64,000 nt of DNA, taken from assembly GCA_964639895.1 (NCBI GenBank), contig CAZXEJ010000005.1, forward strand, positions 734 to 64,733. Reading direction: 5' to 3'. This DNA is from an uncultured Spirochaetia bacterium. Lineage in GTDB: Bacteria; Desulfobacterota_D; UBA1144; Nemesobacterales; JADFKM01. Positions within the stretch are counted from its first letter, which is position 1, and every line of letters begins with the position of its first letter. Of this stretch, positions 30,677 to 41,123 are shown piece after piece. Made by a program: the position numbers and the translations under genes. A model generated the notes under the pieces. It was not told the DNA's origin. It was given only the letters and a program-made list of their open reading frames with translations, and did no database searches.

Positions 30677-31429
30677 TCAGCGCGCTATCCAGCCTCCGTC
30701 CACCGAGAGCATCGTACCCGTCATGAAGCCGACGTTGTCGTCGCACAGGAACAACACGGCGTGGGCTATCTCCTCCGGTCTGCCCAGCCTGCCGATGGGG
30801 TGGAACGACTTGAACAGCTCTTCGCCGGCCTTGCGGTCTTCGAAGGTGTCGAGCAGTCCCTCGACCATGGGCGTCACAATGGTGCCGGGACAGATGGCGT
30901 TGACACGTATCCCCTTGTCGGCGTATTCGAGCGCCATGCTCCGGGTGAGCTGGGTGACTGCACCCTTGGAGGCGTTGTAGGCCGCAAGGCCGGGCACGGC
31001 CTTGAGCCCCAGGACGGAGGAGTTGTTCACTATACATCCCTTGCCACGCTCGAGCATGTGGGGGATGGTGTATTTGGACATCCAAAACGTGCCCTTGACG
31101 TTTATGTCGAAGATGTAGTCCCACGTCTCGGTCGAGGTCTCATGTGTATTGGCCACCTCGAGGACACCGGCGTTGTTGAACAGGATGTCGATACGGCCGT
31201 ACTTGTCGATGACGTAGTCCACGGCGGCCTTGCAGTCTTCCTCCTTCGATACGTCGCTCACCAGATAGTCACACCCTTGGCCTATCTCTGTTGCGGCCTG
31301 CTTGAGTCTCTCCTCGTTCCTGCCCGTAATGACCACGCTGGCCCCCTCTTCGACGAAGAGAGCGGCCGTGGCCTTCCCAAGTCCCATGCTACCACCGGTG
31401 ATAAGCGCCACTTTGTCCTTGAGTTTCAT
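30677..31429 (-). CDS. short-chain dehydrogenase/reductase (FabG/glucose-DH-like)
   Basis: TGGSMGLG is the cofactor site. NNSS...YNASKGA is the catalytic Ser/Tyr/Lys pattern. Confidence 0.85.
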   Translation of the reverse strand: MKLKDKVALITGGSMGLGKATAALFVEEGASVVITGRNEERLKQAATEIGQGCDYLVSDVSKEEDCKAAVDYVIDKYGRIDILFNNAGVLEVANTHETSTETWDYIFDINVKGTFWMSKYTIPHMLERGKGCIVNNSSVLGLKAVPGLAAYNASKGAVTQLTRSMALEYADKGIRVNAICPGTIVTPMVEGLLDTFEDRKAGEELFKSFHPIGRLGRPEEIAHAVLFLCDDNVGFMTGTMLSVDGGWIAR

Positions 31430-31466
31430 CCGTCCTACCTCGTGTTTTTTATGGAGATTTGTGGTG

Positions 31467-31495
31467 ATTATAAATCACACCCCTGTGATAATCAA
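31467..31495 (-). promoter_or_regulatory. sigma70 promoter of the SDR gene
   Basis: The minus strand reads TTGATT (31490-31495), a 17-nt spacer, then TATAAT (31467-31472). A leader of about 30 nt with an SD runs to ATG 31429. Confidence 0.55.
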
Positions 31496-31532
31496 CAACG
31501 GACGAGCCCCGTCGCCCGAACACTTTGGCGCT

Positions 31533-31565
31533 GGGGGGCGACCGGCGCGATACCGGTCGCCCTCC
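31533..31565. other. strong GC hairpin (about 13 bp stem, 7-nt loop) with no U-tract
   Basis: GGGCGACCGG (31536-31545) pairs with CCGGTCGCCC (31553-31562). The stem can extend by G-U and G-C pairs. Confidence 0.7.
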
Positions 31566-32376
31566 CGCCCGGAGAAGAGGCCGTGCCGATCACCAGGCCG
31601 CATCCGAGGCGGTTGAGGTACCCATCGACCGATCCCCCAGCACGACCCGACCCGCACTCCCCCGCACTTCTCTCCTCAGGCAACAATGTACGTACCGCTC
31701 CCTATCGTGGCCCCGAGCAACGCGGAATGCCCCTCACGCACAGGATGGATGGAATGATGGGGACGGACCGTAAGCAGCCTCGGTGCCGCCCGGACAAGAA
31801 CCGGCTCATCCAGGGCACGACGGGACTCGCCCGTCCGCCCCGAGACTGGATACCCATTCCCCCCGATGGGGGGACTCGAACAGCGAGTCGGGTCGTAGAG
31901 GTTGGAAGAGGCTCCCTCCCACCCATGGAAGGGACCTCGGCCAGTCCCGATTCCACTTCCCATCCGGCGCAGATCACCGGAGCAACGTAGGAGTCGTCCA
32001 TTACTCCGCCGCGAGAACGCCGCTCCGCCGGCCGAGACGGAAAGAAACGAAAGGGGGAAATGCTATCATACAAGCGTGCACACGAACTACGGGGAACACA
32101 CCATGTATCCCGGACGCTGAAACAGTACAGTGAGCGTACCGAATTGGCGGTTGGGTAAGTACTAGCGGAGAAGAGAGATGTTGGAAGGGTTCTTCCGCTT
32201 ATGTAACGCTAGCTGCCCGTTGTCGTGGCGAGGCCGTCCCGCCTGCGCAGGGATGGGGGACACACGCCGATTGTTTGGCAGTGGGGGGGGCGAGGGAGGG
32301 TACCCGCCTGCTGGGTGAAAGAGATTGGGCCGGGGAGTGGGCGACCCTGCGTCGGACAGTGGAGTGAGAAGGGAGG

Positions 32377-32664
32377 CTAGGCTTCAGATATATCTTCGTC
32401 GACCACGAGATCTCCACGGGGCAGAGCGAGGCACAGCAACACTATGCCTCCTTCCTCCTCGCCCTCCCATAGAGCCTGCGGTCGGGCAGCATATTCTATA
32501 TCGCCGCTTACAAGGCGCGCCTTGCACGTACCGCACGTGCCTTCGGTGCACAAAAACTCTATGTCGACGCCCTGGCGCCGCGCGGCCAATAGAACGGGCT
32601 CGTCCGAAGGTACCGTGACGGTCTTCTGTGCTCTAAGGAACCGTACCTTGTAGTGCTCTGACAT
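32377..32664 (-). CDS. plant-type [2Fe-2S] ferredoxin
   Basis: 95 aa. It has CTEGTCGTC (C-x4-C-x2-C) plus the distal Cys in VLLC. Confidence 0.85.
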   Translation of the reverse strand: MSEHYKVRFLRAQKTVTVPSDEPVLLAARRQGVDIEFLCTEGTCGTCKARLVSGDIEYAARPQALWEGEEEGGIVLLCLALPRGDLVVDEDISEA

Positions 32665-33126
32665 GATGGATACGACGGTTAAGACGCCTACACTCCCTCC
32701 CCCCTACTCTTATTACTCGCCGTAAGCGGCGGTGTCAAATCGATTCTATCTCACTGCCGGGGGCGCCGCCGGGCCGCTCCTCCCACCTCGTGCAAGGCGG
32801 GCCGCGCGGCCCTACGTCCACCGCTCCGGCCCTTTCCCCCGGATGTGGATCCACCCCCGGCGCGACCGCACGCACATCTGTCCCCAGCGCGGGGGCCTGG
32901 GCGCCGTCAGCTAGGTTAAGCGGAAGCAATACGATATAATAGAGTTGAAACACCTGCAGTATCAGACCGCAGGCGGGCGGCGGCATCCCTAGGAACGAAG
33001 CGCAAAGCGGGCGGCCGTACACGACACGGGCGTTCAGCCGTCGGGCCGAGGCGTCTACGATCGGTCGTCTCTTGGGGAGCCCCTCTGTGAACAGCCGTCG
33101 TGCACGGCACCAAACGTGGGTTCAAG

Positions 33127-35433
33127 ATGAGTTCAAAGGCGGTCGAAAGAGCCGATTTCCACCTCAAGGTGGTACAGGAGATAAGCGAGCTCGTCAACCG
33201 CTCCTCGGGTCTCGATACGATCCTAAGGGGGGTGGTACAGAAGATCGCCGAGTCCCTCCATTTTGATGTAGTCTCCATCTACCTATGGGACGAAGACCAG
33301 AAGGTTCTGGTGATGCGAGCCACTAAGGGGCTCCGTCTCGACCCTGAAAACCCCATCAAACTGCGCTCGGGCGAGGGTCTGACGGGCATGGTCTACCAGA
33401 CCCACCGTCCCATGCTCGTGATGCCCGCCTCGCATCATCCGGCCTACAAGTACTTTCCCGAGAGCGGCGAGAAGGCCTACGAGAGCTACCTCGGCGTTCC
33501 CATCACCCTTCACAACCAGTGCATGGGAGTGCTGGTGGGTCAGACCACCGAGAGGAGGCACATAAACCCGGCCGAGAAAACCATATTCGAGATCATAGCC
33601 TCCCGCCTGGCCGGATTGCTGGAGGTCGCCGACCGCCTGGAGAGGCTCAAACCCGCCGCGCCGACCACCGCTCCACGGACCGAGGGCTCGGTGTTTCAGG
33701 GGAGGGGTGTGTCGGGGGGGTACGCCGTAGGCGAGGTATACCTCCTCAGGGGCTTGTTCCAGGACTTCCCCCTTGAGGAACTGGAATCGCGCGGCAGCAC
33801 GATAGAGAAGCGCAGGCTCCACGAGGCGCTCGACGCCGTCGAGAGAGATCTCGCTCTGCTTATTCAGCGCCTGAGAGAAAGGGGCGAGATAAGCGAAGAC
33901 GAAGTGAAGATCTTCGAATCCCACCTCCTGATGCTGCGAAGCCCCAATCTCGAGGACACGATCATCGACATCATAGAGACCAAGAACTCCTCGGCCGAAG
34001 CGTCGGTCGTCGAAGCCATCGAATCCATCGCATCCCACTTCGACGGCCTCGAGGACACGTACCTGCGAGAGCGTGCACAGGACGTAAGAGACATCGGGGA
34101 GAAGATACTCGCCCACCTGCTCCACGAGAGGGGCGCCGTCCGGGAGATCAATCCCAAACCCAAGGACGGCGTCGTCGTCGTGGCTACCGAGATAGGCCCT
34201 TCATTCCTGGCCACCCTGCTCAAGGGCAAGGTCAAGGCCATCGTCACCGAACGAGGTGGAGAGACCTCCCACATGACCATCCTGGCCCGCTCGCTGGGGA
34301 TACCGGCGGTCTATGGTATAGAGAACGCCGTAAGGTTGTTTCGGCAGGGGGAGAGGGTGCTGGTTGACGGCAGCACGGGCTTCGTGTTCGTAGATCCCGA
34401 CAAGAAGCTCGAAGAGGAGTACGAGAACACATACCGGAAAAAGGCCAACCTCCTGAAGGTGATCGAAAGAGAAAGTGCGGCGAGCCTCGAGACGGCCGTC
34501 CAGGCCGAGATTACGGCCAACATAGGGCTTCCCATAGACATCGAGGTGGCACGGCAACACGGCATACGCAACGTGGGGCTGTTCCGAACGGAGTTCGCCT
34601 TCACGCTCTACGAGCGCTGGCCGTCTGCCGAGGAACAGATAGAGGTCTACACGCGTATCGCAAAGAACTTCCCGGGCTACGTTACCATTCGCACCTTGGA
34701 CGTGGGATCCGACAAACCGCTACCCTACTACAAGTTCCCCTTCCAGGAGAACCCGCTCCTGGGCCTGCGAGCCATAAGGTTCTCGATGGAGCACCTCGAT
34801 TTGTTCCGGGACCAGCTCAAGGCCATACTGCTCGCGGCGCTCGAAGGGCACAGGTTCAAGATACTGCTGCCCCTGGTCACCCACTTCTGGGAGGTCGAGA
34901 CGGCAAGGGAGCTGATCGAGGAGATAAGCGACGAGATAGGCCTACCGTACTCCGACATACCCCCGTTGGGGATAATGATGGAGGTTCCCGCGCTGCTCTA
35001 CCAGCTCGTCGATTTCAAGGATACGATCGACTTCGTATCCGTGGGCACAAACGATCTTATCCAATACATGCTGGCCGTGGACAGGAACTCCAACCTGGTG
35101 GGGCACCTCTATTCCACCTTCCACCCCTCGGTGATGCGCACACTGCACGAGATAGTGCTCAAGACCGAGAGCCTTGGAAAGCCGGTTACCATTTGCGGCG
35201 AGATGGCCGGCACGGCCGAGGGTGCCCTGGCGCTGCTGTCGCTGGGTTTCAAGGAGCTGAGCCTCATCCCGTCGCGCGCACCACTCATACGCCACCTTCT
35301 CAGCCGCCTGGACGAAGAGAAATTGAAGAACGTCAAATACACCATCCTGAGCGAGAAGAGGGCAAGCGAGATAGAGCGCTACCTACGCGAGATGCTGGCG
35401 TTCATCGACCCCGAGCTCACGGCACTCGACTAA
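33127..35433 (+). CDS. ptsP: GAF-domain phosphoenolpyruvate-protein phosphotransferase (EI-Ntr)
   Basis: Start is ATG 33127. The N-terminal GAF domain (LDTILRGVVQKIAESLHFDVVSIYLWD) is followed by EI motifs GGETSHMTILARSLGIPAV, GLFRTEF and GTNDLIQY. Confidence 0.9.
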   Translation: MSSKAVERADFHLKVVQEISELVNRSSGLDTILRGVVQKIAESLHFDVVSIYLWDEDQKVLVMRATKGLRLDPENPIKLRSGEGLTGMVYQTHRPMLVMPASHHPAYKYFPESGEKAYESYLGVPITLHNQCMGVLVGQTTERRHINPAEKTIFEIIASRLAGLLEVADRLERLKPAAPTTAPRTEGSVFQGRGVSGGYAVGEVYLLRGLFQDFPLEELESRGSTIEKRRLHEALDAVERDLALLIQRLRERGEISEDEVKIFESHLLMLRSPNLEDTIIDIIETKNSSAEASVVEAIESIASHFDGLEDTYLRERAQDVRDIGEKILAHLLHERGAVREINPKPKDGVVVVATEIGPSFLATLLKGKVKAIVTERGGETSHMTILARSLGIPAVYGIENAVRLFRQGERVLVDGSTGFVFVDPDKKLEEEYENTYRKKANLLKVIERESAASLETAVQAEITANIGLPIDIEVARQHGIRNVGLFRTEFAFTLYERWPSAEEQIEVYTRIAKNFPGYVTIRTLDVGSDKPLPYYKFPFQENPLLGLRAIRFSMEHLDLFRDQLKAILLAALEGHRFKILLPLVTHFWEVETARELIEEISDEIGLPYSDIPPLGIMMEVPALLYQLVDFKDTIDFVSVGTNDLIQYMLAVDRNSNLVGHLYSTFHPSVMRTLHEIVLKTESLGKPVTICGEMAGTAEGALALLSLGFKELSLIPSRAPLIRHLLSRLDEEKLKNVKYTILSEKRASEIERYLREMLAFIDPELTALD

Positions 35434-36308
35434 GTCCCGCATCCGCGCGAGGATTAAAAGGCCGTGCATCCATGGCGGTCTCACGTCATGGCACCACGGC
35501 CCTGGGGCCAACGGCAACGAAAAACGCCTACCGCACCCCGCGAAACTCCCCCCTGCCTGGGGCGGGCGGATAGAGGAACACCGACCTATGGATAAGAAGA
35601 CCTGCTCACGACAGCACCCCGCTCGAGACGACGGCACACGAGATGCGCTTCCAGCCCCCTGCCATTCACCCCCCCCTCACACGGCGCATGCAGAAAACAC
35701 GGGTGGCACAATAGACCCCCGACGTTGGACACGAGAAGAGGGGGGCGCTCCACCTCCCAAGGGGGCAACGCCGTGGTGTACGTAAGCGACGGCTTCGCGG
35801 GGACGCCGACCCGAGACGCCGCCCTACATGCACTCAGATGAAAGTGGCACGGCCTCCCCCACTGCGGGGAAGACAGCCCTTGTAGTCCGCGAACACGAAA
35901 CCCTTGTGCAACGCATCAAATTGATGGAGCGGCCGCCTGCTGGACAGGAGCGATCGCTATGCCGCGGTGGGAGAGAAGGTCAAGAAGGGGATTCCACGCC
36001 CGAATACAAGCTGGGGGGCTCCTCCCACGGCGACCACACAGCCCCGTCATACGCAGCGAGAAACCCGCGCTGGGTAGGAAACGCTTGAATCGCTCCTTCG
36101 GGCGGGGGGCGGCTTCGCCGCGGTGCTACTACGGCAAAATTGGGATTGATCGAGCGGCCACGCTAGGCCGAGGCGCTCCCACCAGACTACTGGGGTGTCG
36201 ACCGCACGTTCGCCCCATCGCTAGGCGGGCGCTCGAGCGCGCACGATAGAGGACCGCTGCCAGGGATCCGCGCGACACGCTGCTAGGTCGCCCGAGAGGA
36301 GTCCTTCC

Positions 36309-37673
36309 TCAGCCGAGACCCACGGCCTCGAAGCCCTCCTCGCGGCCGGTTGCGCCGAACCACTCCCATATGACCCCTTCCAGGTAGGTCCTCAGCGGCT
36401 CTATTGTCATACGCTCCAGCCCCTCGGCTGCAAAGGCTACCAGAAGCATCGTGCGCGCCTCGTCCCCGGGAATGCCGCGGGTGCGGAGGTAGAAGTGGGC
36501 GTCCTTGTTCATCTGGCCTATGGTCGCCCCGTGGGTGCAGCGGACGTCGTCTGCGTATATCTCGAGCTGGGGCTTGGTGTCGATCGATGCGTCGTAGGAG
36601 AGGAGCAGGTTCTTGTTCGTCTGCTTGGCATCCGTCTTCTGGGCGTCTTTGTGGACGACGATCTTGCCGCTGAACACACCGCGTGCGGCGTCGTCGAGTA
36701 TGCCGTAGTAGAACTGCCGGCTGTCACAGTGGGGTGCAGCGTGCTCGACGCGCATGAAGTTGTCCAGGTGCTGGGAGTCCTTGCCCATGAAAAGCCCGTT
36801 TATCAGGCAGTAGGCCCCCTCGCCCGAAAGCACGGGATGGACGTTGTTCCTCACCAGTGCCCCGCCGAAGAGCGCGGAATGGGACGAAAGGTTGCTCGAG
36901 CGCCTCTGCTCCATGCGGAGCGTCGAGATGTTGTACGATCGCTTGTTCTCGCGCTCGAGCATATAGTGGGAGAAGACGCTGTTCTCGCCCGCTACGATCT
37001 CGGTCACTACATTGCTGAAATGGGTTCCCTCGCCGAGGGAGACGTAGTCCTCGATAAGCGTACCCTCGGCGCTCTCCTCCAGCACCACGAGGTTGCGCGG
37101 ATTGGTGAAGGTAGGTACCTCGGAGTGGGTGGAGGCGAACAGCACGTAGACGGGTTTTTCTATGCGGACCCGCCGCGGTATGTAGAGCAGGACACCATCC
37201 TGCATGTAGGCGGTGTTGAGTGCCGTAAAGGGGTCTATGTCGCCGTCGGCGTAGCGAGCCAAGTGGGGCTCGAGCAGCTCGGGCCTGAGACGTAACGCCT
37301 CGGCCAGGCTGGCGAGCACGACGCCCTCGGGAAGGTCCATCACGCGCGAGAGCGAAGGTGAATAGTATCCATCGACGAAGACCACGGTGGCCGCCGCCTC
37401 GACCCCCGGTATAAGGGCGGCCTCGATGCTTTCGGCGCTCAGCCGGCCTTCGCCGCGGGAAGGTATGGTGAAGGTGGTATTCTTGATGGGCGCCACATTG
37501 GTGAACCTCCACTCCTCGTCCTTTGGTGTGGGGAACCCCTGACGGGCGAAGCTCTCGATGGCGGCCCGCCTGCGTTCGGTGAGCCAAGCGGCCTCGTCGG
37601 GCATCAATGCGGCTCCCACCTTCGGGAAGCTCTCTACGTAGCTGCGTTCATCACTCAAAGAGACGGTCTCCAT
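36309..37673 (-). CDS. sufD: Fe-S cluster assembly protein SufD
   Basis: It lies downstream of sufC. Motifs are EEWRFTNV and the C-terminal HGATIGQM..FYLRTRGI. ATG at 37673 has GGAG upstream. Confidence 0.88.
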   Translation of the reverse strand: METVSLSDERSYVESFPKVGAALMPDEAAWLTERRRAAIESFARQGFPTPKDEEWRFTNVAPIKNTTFTIPSRGEGRLSAESIEAALIPGVEAAATVVFVDGYYSPSLSRVMDLPEGVVLASLAEALRLRPELLEPHLARYADGDIDPFTALNTAYMQDGVLLYIPRRVRIEKPVYVLFASTHSEVPTFTNPRNLVVLEESAEGTLIEDYVSLGEGTHFSNVVTEIVAGENSVFSHYMLERENKRSYNISTLRMEQRRSSNLSSHSALFGGALVRNNVHPVLSGEGAYCLINGLFMGKDSQHLDNFMRVEHAAPHCDSRQFYYGILDDAARGVFSGKIVVHKDAQKTDAKQTNKNLLLSYDASIDTKPQLEIYADDVRCTHGATIGQMNKDAHFYLRTRGIPGDEARTMLLVAFAAEGLERMTIEPLRTYLEGVIWEWFGATGREEGFEAVGLG

Positions 37674-37738
37674 CGCTCGGATCTCCACGATTCTTTCTCT
37701 TGGGTTAGGCTCACTCTCGTCTTGGGGGTAGGCGGTAT

Positions 37739-38494
37739 TCAGGCGGCTCTCCCTTCCTCTTCGACCCAGGAGTAGCCCTTCTCTTCGAGCTCCAAGGCCA
37801 GCTCCTTTCCGCCCGATTTCACGATGCGGCCGTCCACCATGACGTGCACGTAATCGGGCACGACGTAATCGAGCAGCCGCTGGTAGTGGGTTATGACGAG
37901 AAACGCCCTCTTGCCGTCGCGCATGGAATTCACTCCCTCGGACACGATGCGCAGGGCGTCGATGTCGAGCCCCGAATCGGTCTCATCCAGGATGGCGAGC
38001 TTCGGCTCGAGCAGCAAGAGCTGGAGTATCTCCATACGCTTCTTCTCACCACCGGAGAACCCCTCGTTGACGCCCCTTTGCAGGAGGTCGGGCTCGGCCT
38101 TGACCATTTTGAGCTTCTCCTTGGCGAGCTTTACGAACTCCATGGGCTTCAGCTCCTCGAGCCCCTTGTACTTGCGTATGGCGTTGAGGGCCGCCCTCAG
38201 GAAGTAGGTGTTCTGTACGCCCGGTATCTCGACCGGATACTGGAAGGCCATGAATATCCCCTTCCAGGCCCTTTCTTCGGGTTCGAGCTCGAGCAGGTTC
38301 TCGCCCTCGTAGAGCACTTCGCCCTCGGTCACCTCGTAGACGTCGCGGCCCGCGAGCACCTGTGCGAGCGTACTTTTGCCCGAGCCGTTGGGCCCCATGA
38401 TGGAGTGTACCTCGCCGGCCCTGACCGTAAGGTCGACGCCCTTGAGAATCTCCTTGTCTTCCACCTTCACATGCAGGTTTCGTATCTCAAGCAT
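37739..38494 (-). CDS. sufC: Fe-S cluster assembly ATPase SufC
   Basis: Start is ATG 38494. Motifs are [26 protein letters not shown] and [10 protein letters not shown]. Confidence 0.93.
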   Translation of the reverse strand: MLEIRNLHVKVEDKEILKGVDLTVRAGEVHSIMGPNGSGKSTLAQVLAGRDVYEVTEGEVLYEGENLLELEPEERAWKGIFMAFQYPVEIPGVQNTYFLRAALNAIRKYKGLEELKPMEFVKLAKEKLKMVKAEPDLLQRGVNEGFSGGEKKRMEILQLLLLEPKLAILDETDSGLDIDALRIVSEGVNSMRDGKRAFLVITHYQRLLDYVVPDYVHVMVDGRIVKSGGKELALELEEKGYSWVEEEGRAA

Positions 38495-38733
38495 CGCTTT
38501 TCCTCGCTTACTGTGCTTACTGTTTCCGTGTGGTTGCATCGCCCATGCCTCCGCCGACGCTGTAACGTCCCCCACAGCGGCCGCCCCCCACGGGCGGGCA
38601 CCCGGTCTCTGTCCTCTTTACGGTGATGACGGCGGCGAGGACCGCCCGGCCTTCTTCTCCCTCTACCCGCCTCGGCGCCACGGCTGGGGGAAACGCCCGG
38701 CCGGCCCGTGAAATCGGCTCCAGCTCACCGGCT

Positions 38734-40173
38734 TCATCCGACGCTTCCTTCGAGGCTGATGCTAAGCAGCTTCTGTGCCTCGATGGCGAACTCCATGGGG
38801 AGCTCGGCTATGACCTCGCGGCAGAACCCGTTTACGATCAGCGAGACGGCGTCCTCGGTGGTGAGACCGCGCTGACGAAGATAGAAGATCTGATCCTCGC
38901 CTATTTTCGAGGTCGAAGCCTCGTGCTCCATCTGGGCCGTCGGATTCTTGACCTCTATGTAGGGGAACGTGTGGGCGCCGCACTTGTCCCCGATCAGCAT
39001 GGAATCGCACTGCGTGTAGTTGCGGGCACCGTCGGCGCTCTTCATTATCTTCACAAGGCCTCGGTAGGTGTTCTGCCCGTGGCCGGCCGATATGCCCTTG
39101 GACACGATGTAGCTGCGCGTGTTCTTGCCGATGTGGATCATCTTCGTCCCCGTGTCGGCCTGCTGGTAACCGCGCGTCAGGGCCACCGAGTAGAACTCCC
39201 CTACGGAGCCGTCGCCCTGGAGTATGCAGCTCGGGTACTTCCACGTGATGGCCGAGCCGCTCTCGACCTGGGTCCAGGAGATGCGGGAGTTCCTGCCCAG
39301 GCACTTGCCGCGCTTGGTTACGAAGTTGTAGATGCCGCCGCGGCCCTTCTCGTCGCCCGGGTACCAGTTCTGGATCGTCGAGTACTTTATGGTGGCGTTC
39401 TCGTGGGCGATCAGTTCGACCACGGCGGCGTGCAACTGGTTCTCGTCCCTCATCGGGGCCGTGCACCCTTCGAGGTAGCTCACGTAGGCACCTTCGTCGG
39501 CTATGATGAGGGTGCGCTCGAACTGGCCCGTCTTGGCCTCGTTGATGCGGAAATACGTCGAAAGCTCCATCGGACAGCGCACACCCTTGGGGACGTAGCA
39601 GAACGAGCCGTCGCTGAAGACGGCCGAGTTGAGCGCGGCGTAGAAATTGTCGGTGTAGGGAACCACAGTCCCAAGGTACTTCCTCACAAGGTCGGGATAC
39701 TCGCGTATGGCCTCGGACATGGAACAGAATATGACACCCGCCTCGGCCAGAGTCTCCTTGAAAGTGGTGATAACCGAGACGCTGTCGAAGACGGCGTCCA
39801 CCGCCACGCCCGCAAGAAGCTTCTGCTCTTCGAGCGGGATGCCGAGCTTCTCGTAAGTGGCAAGCAACTCGGGGTCCACCTCGTCGAGGCTCTTGGGACC
39901 CTGGCCCTTCTTGGGAGCCGAATAGTAGCTGATGGCCTGGAAATCTATCTTCGGGTACCTGAGATGCGCCCAGCGCGGCTCCTTCATCTTGCACCAGTGC
40001 CGGTAGGCCCGGAGCCTCCATTCGAGCATGAACTCCGGCTCCTCCTTCTTGCGGGAGATAAGCCGTATGACATCCTCGTTGAGCCCGGGCGGTATGGTCT
40101 CGGACTCAATATCCGTGACGAATCCCCACTTGTATTCCTGCTTGGCTAGCTGTTCCAAATCTGTCTGGCTCAT
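38734..40173 (-). CDS. sufB: Fe-S cluster assembly scaffold SufB
   Basis: N-terminal sequence is [10 protein letters not shown]. Other motifs are [15 protein letters not shown] and [20 protein letters not shown]. Confidence 0.93.
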   Translation of the reverse strand: MSQTDLEQLAKQEYKWGFVTDIESETIPPGLNEDVIRLISRKKEEPEFMLEWRLRAYRHWCKMKEPRWAHLRYPKIDFQAISYYSAPKKGQGPKSLDEVDPELLATYEKLGIPLEEQKLLAGVAVDAVFDSVSVITTFKETLAEAGVIFCSMSEAIREYPDLVRKYLGTVVPYTDNFYAALNSAVFSDGSFCYVPKGVRCPMELSTYFRINEAKTGQFERTLIIADEGAYVSYLEGCTAPMRDENQLHAAVVELIAHENATIKYSTIQNWYPGDEKGRGGIYNFVTKRGKCLGRNSRISWTQVESGSAITWKYPSCILQGDGSVGEFYSVALTRGYQQADTGTKMIHIGKNTRSYIVSKGISAGHGQNTYRGLVKIMKSADGARNYTQCDSMLIGDKCGAHTFPYIEVKNPTAQMEHEASTSKIGEDQIFYLRQRGLTTEDAVSLIVNGFCREVIAELPMEFAIEAQKLLSISLEGSVG

Positions 40174-40213
40174 CCAGTTACACCTCGCTGAGTGTGTTGA
40201 CGTCGGACCGGAA

Positions 40214-40648
40214 TCACGACCCTCGCCGGTCCCTGGGGGCGCGACCCCTCTGCTCCTTGAGAAGGTCTTCGAGCGTGGTGTTCTCGAGCACCTTCAACAT
40301 CGACAGCTGCAGCTTGTCCCAGACCGGTATCTGGGGGCAGTACTCATAGAGGGAGCAGATCACGTTGTTGTCCATGCAGTCTACCAGCTTGAACTTCCCC
40401 TCGATGGCCTCGTACACCTCTCGCAGCTTGATCTCGTGAGGGGTTTTGCGCAGGGAGTATCCACCGTCGGGCCCCACCTTGGACGCCACGATTCCGCTCA
40501 TCACCAGCTTGCGCATAATCTTTGCCAGGTAGTTGAGCGGAATGTGTTGCTGGGCCGATATCTCCCTTATGTTGTAGGTCATAACGGGCCTCGCTCCCAT
40601 GTAGGTGAGCGATCTCAGAGCATAATCGAGTGTTCTGCTGACCTGCAT
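40214..40648 (-). CDS. Rrf2-family transcriptional regulator (IscR/SufR-like)
   Basis: Start is ATG 40648. [17 protein letters not shown] begins the winged HTH. Cys residues are in [17 protein letters not shown]. It is the first gene of the suf operon. Confidence 0.85.
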   Translation of the reverse strand: MQVSRTLDYALRSLTYMGARPVMTYNIREISAQQHIPLNYLAKIMRKLVMSGIVASKVGPDGGYSLRKTPHEIKLREVYEAIEGKFKLVDCMDNNVICSLYEYCPQIPVWDKLQLSMLKVLENTTLEDLLKEQRGRAPRDRRGS

Positions 40649-40721
40649 AAGACCCGTCCCTTCCGCTTTACTTCGTCCCCAAACACGAGTCGTCGCCGGC
40701 CTTTGTGCCGACGCGGCGGCC

Positions 40722-40750
40722 ATATCATGGACATGACACATCCATGATAT
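40722..40750. promoter_or_regulatory. inverted repeat ATATCATGGA-N9-TCCATGATAT, candidate Rrf2 operator
   Basis: The arms are a perfect 10 bp. It lies 74-102 nt upstream of the rrf2 ATG and downstream of the predicted -10. Confidence 0.5.
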
Positions 40751-40759
40751 GCAAGATAT

Positions 40760-40787
40760 AGATTACTCGACCCTGGCCGGTTGTCAA
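40760..40787 (-). promoter_or_regulatory. candidate sigma70 promoter of rrf2-sufBCD
   Basis: The minus strand reads TTGACA (40782-40787), a 16-nt spacer, then TAATCT (40760-40765). Confidence 0.4.
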
Positions 40788-40966
40788 CTCTTGCGGTGGA
40801 AAAACGTGGCACCGACGCACCAACCCAGCGGCGTTCCAGCGGCAGGCGTCAAAGGCCAATGGGTAGGGCCCGGCGTGTGCGAGAAGCATGGGGGTCGGCA
40901 CGCAGCAGCCAAAGCGGGGGGCAGACGGTTGGACCGGATATGGTTGCGAAGGGAGGGGCGGCGGAT

Positions 40967-40980
40967 TACGCATATGCGTA
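40967..40980. repeat. perfect 14-bp palindrome TACGCATATGCGTA
   Basis: Read directly from the sequence. It lies about 75 bp upstream of the -35 of the 41056 promoter. Confidence 0.9.
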
Positions 40981-41055
40981 TATACCTGGCTCCATATATT
41001 CATAATTGGCGACAGATGAAGCAAAAATTGTTTTGTGCAATTGCGAAATAAACCC

Positions 41056-41084
41056 TTGACTCGCTCTCCCTACGGACTTATATT
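41056..41084 (+). promoter_or_regulatory. near-consensus sigma70 promoter
   Basis: TTGACT (41056-41061), a 17-nt spacer, then TATATT (41079-41084). GGAGGTGA SD and ATG 41124 follow. Confidence 0.6.
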
Positions 41085-41123
41085 ATTTGCAGACCAAACA
41101 ACCTACATCGGAGGTGACCATAC

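Noticed and set aside
31464-31494. The palindromes GTGATTATAAATCAC and TGATAATCA first looked like Fur-type or other repressor operators. GTGATTATATCAC at 26241 looked similar.
   Set aside because: Read on the gene strand, they resolve into an ordinary TTGATT-17-TATAAT promoter, and TGATATAAT at 26244. The spacing between half-sites differs at each locus, so no common operator is supported. A regulator overlapping the promoter cannot be excluded.
31791-31810. CGGACAAGAACCGGCTCATC resembles the conserved 3' P4 strand of RNase P RNA (ACAGAACCCGGCUUAUC).
   Set aside because: No GAGGAAAGUCCGGGC-type 5' P4 partner occurs at a suitable distance on either strand. The nearest candidate (GGAGAAGAGGCCGTGCC, about 31570) deviates in universally conserved positions and lies too close.
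31873-31889. GGGACTCGAAC looked like the reverse complement of a tRNA or tmRNA T-arm.
   Set aside because: It folds as a simple 6-bp hairpin with a 5-nt loop. There is no 7-nt T-loop, acceptor stem or CCA context.
32283-32300. The G-run cluster GGGGGGGGCGAGGGAGGG is a potential G-quadruplex downstream of the ferredoxin gene.
   Set aside because: A single occurrence in GC-rich DNA is expected by chance. There is no functional context.
35704-35720. TGGCAC hits (also near 35846, 40806, 45266 and 61605) were checked as sigma54 -24/-12 promoters.
   Set aside because: None has a TTGC(A/T) element at the required 4-5 nt spacing.
35434-36308. A possible sufS remnant downstream of sufD.
   Set aside because: The spacer is shorter than a desulfurase gene. 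The minus-strand ORFs here are at most 84 aa and lack PLP-enzyme motifs.
38623-40149. A 508-aa plus-strand ORF and a 419-aa alternative minus-strand frame within sufB.
   Set aside because: They are shadow ORFs. SufB is unambiguous in its own frame.
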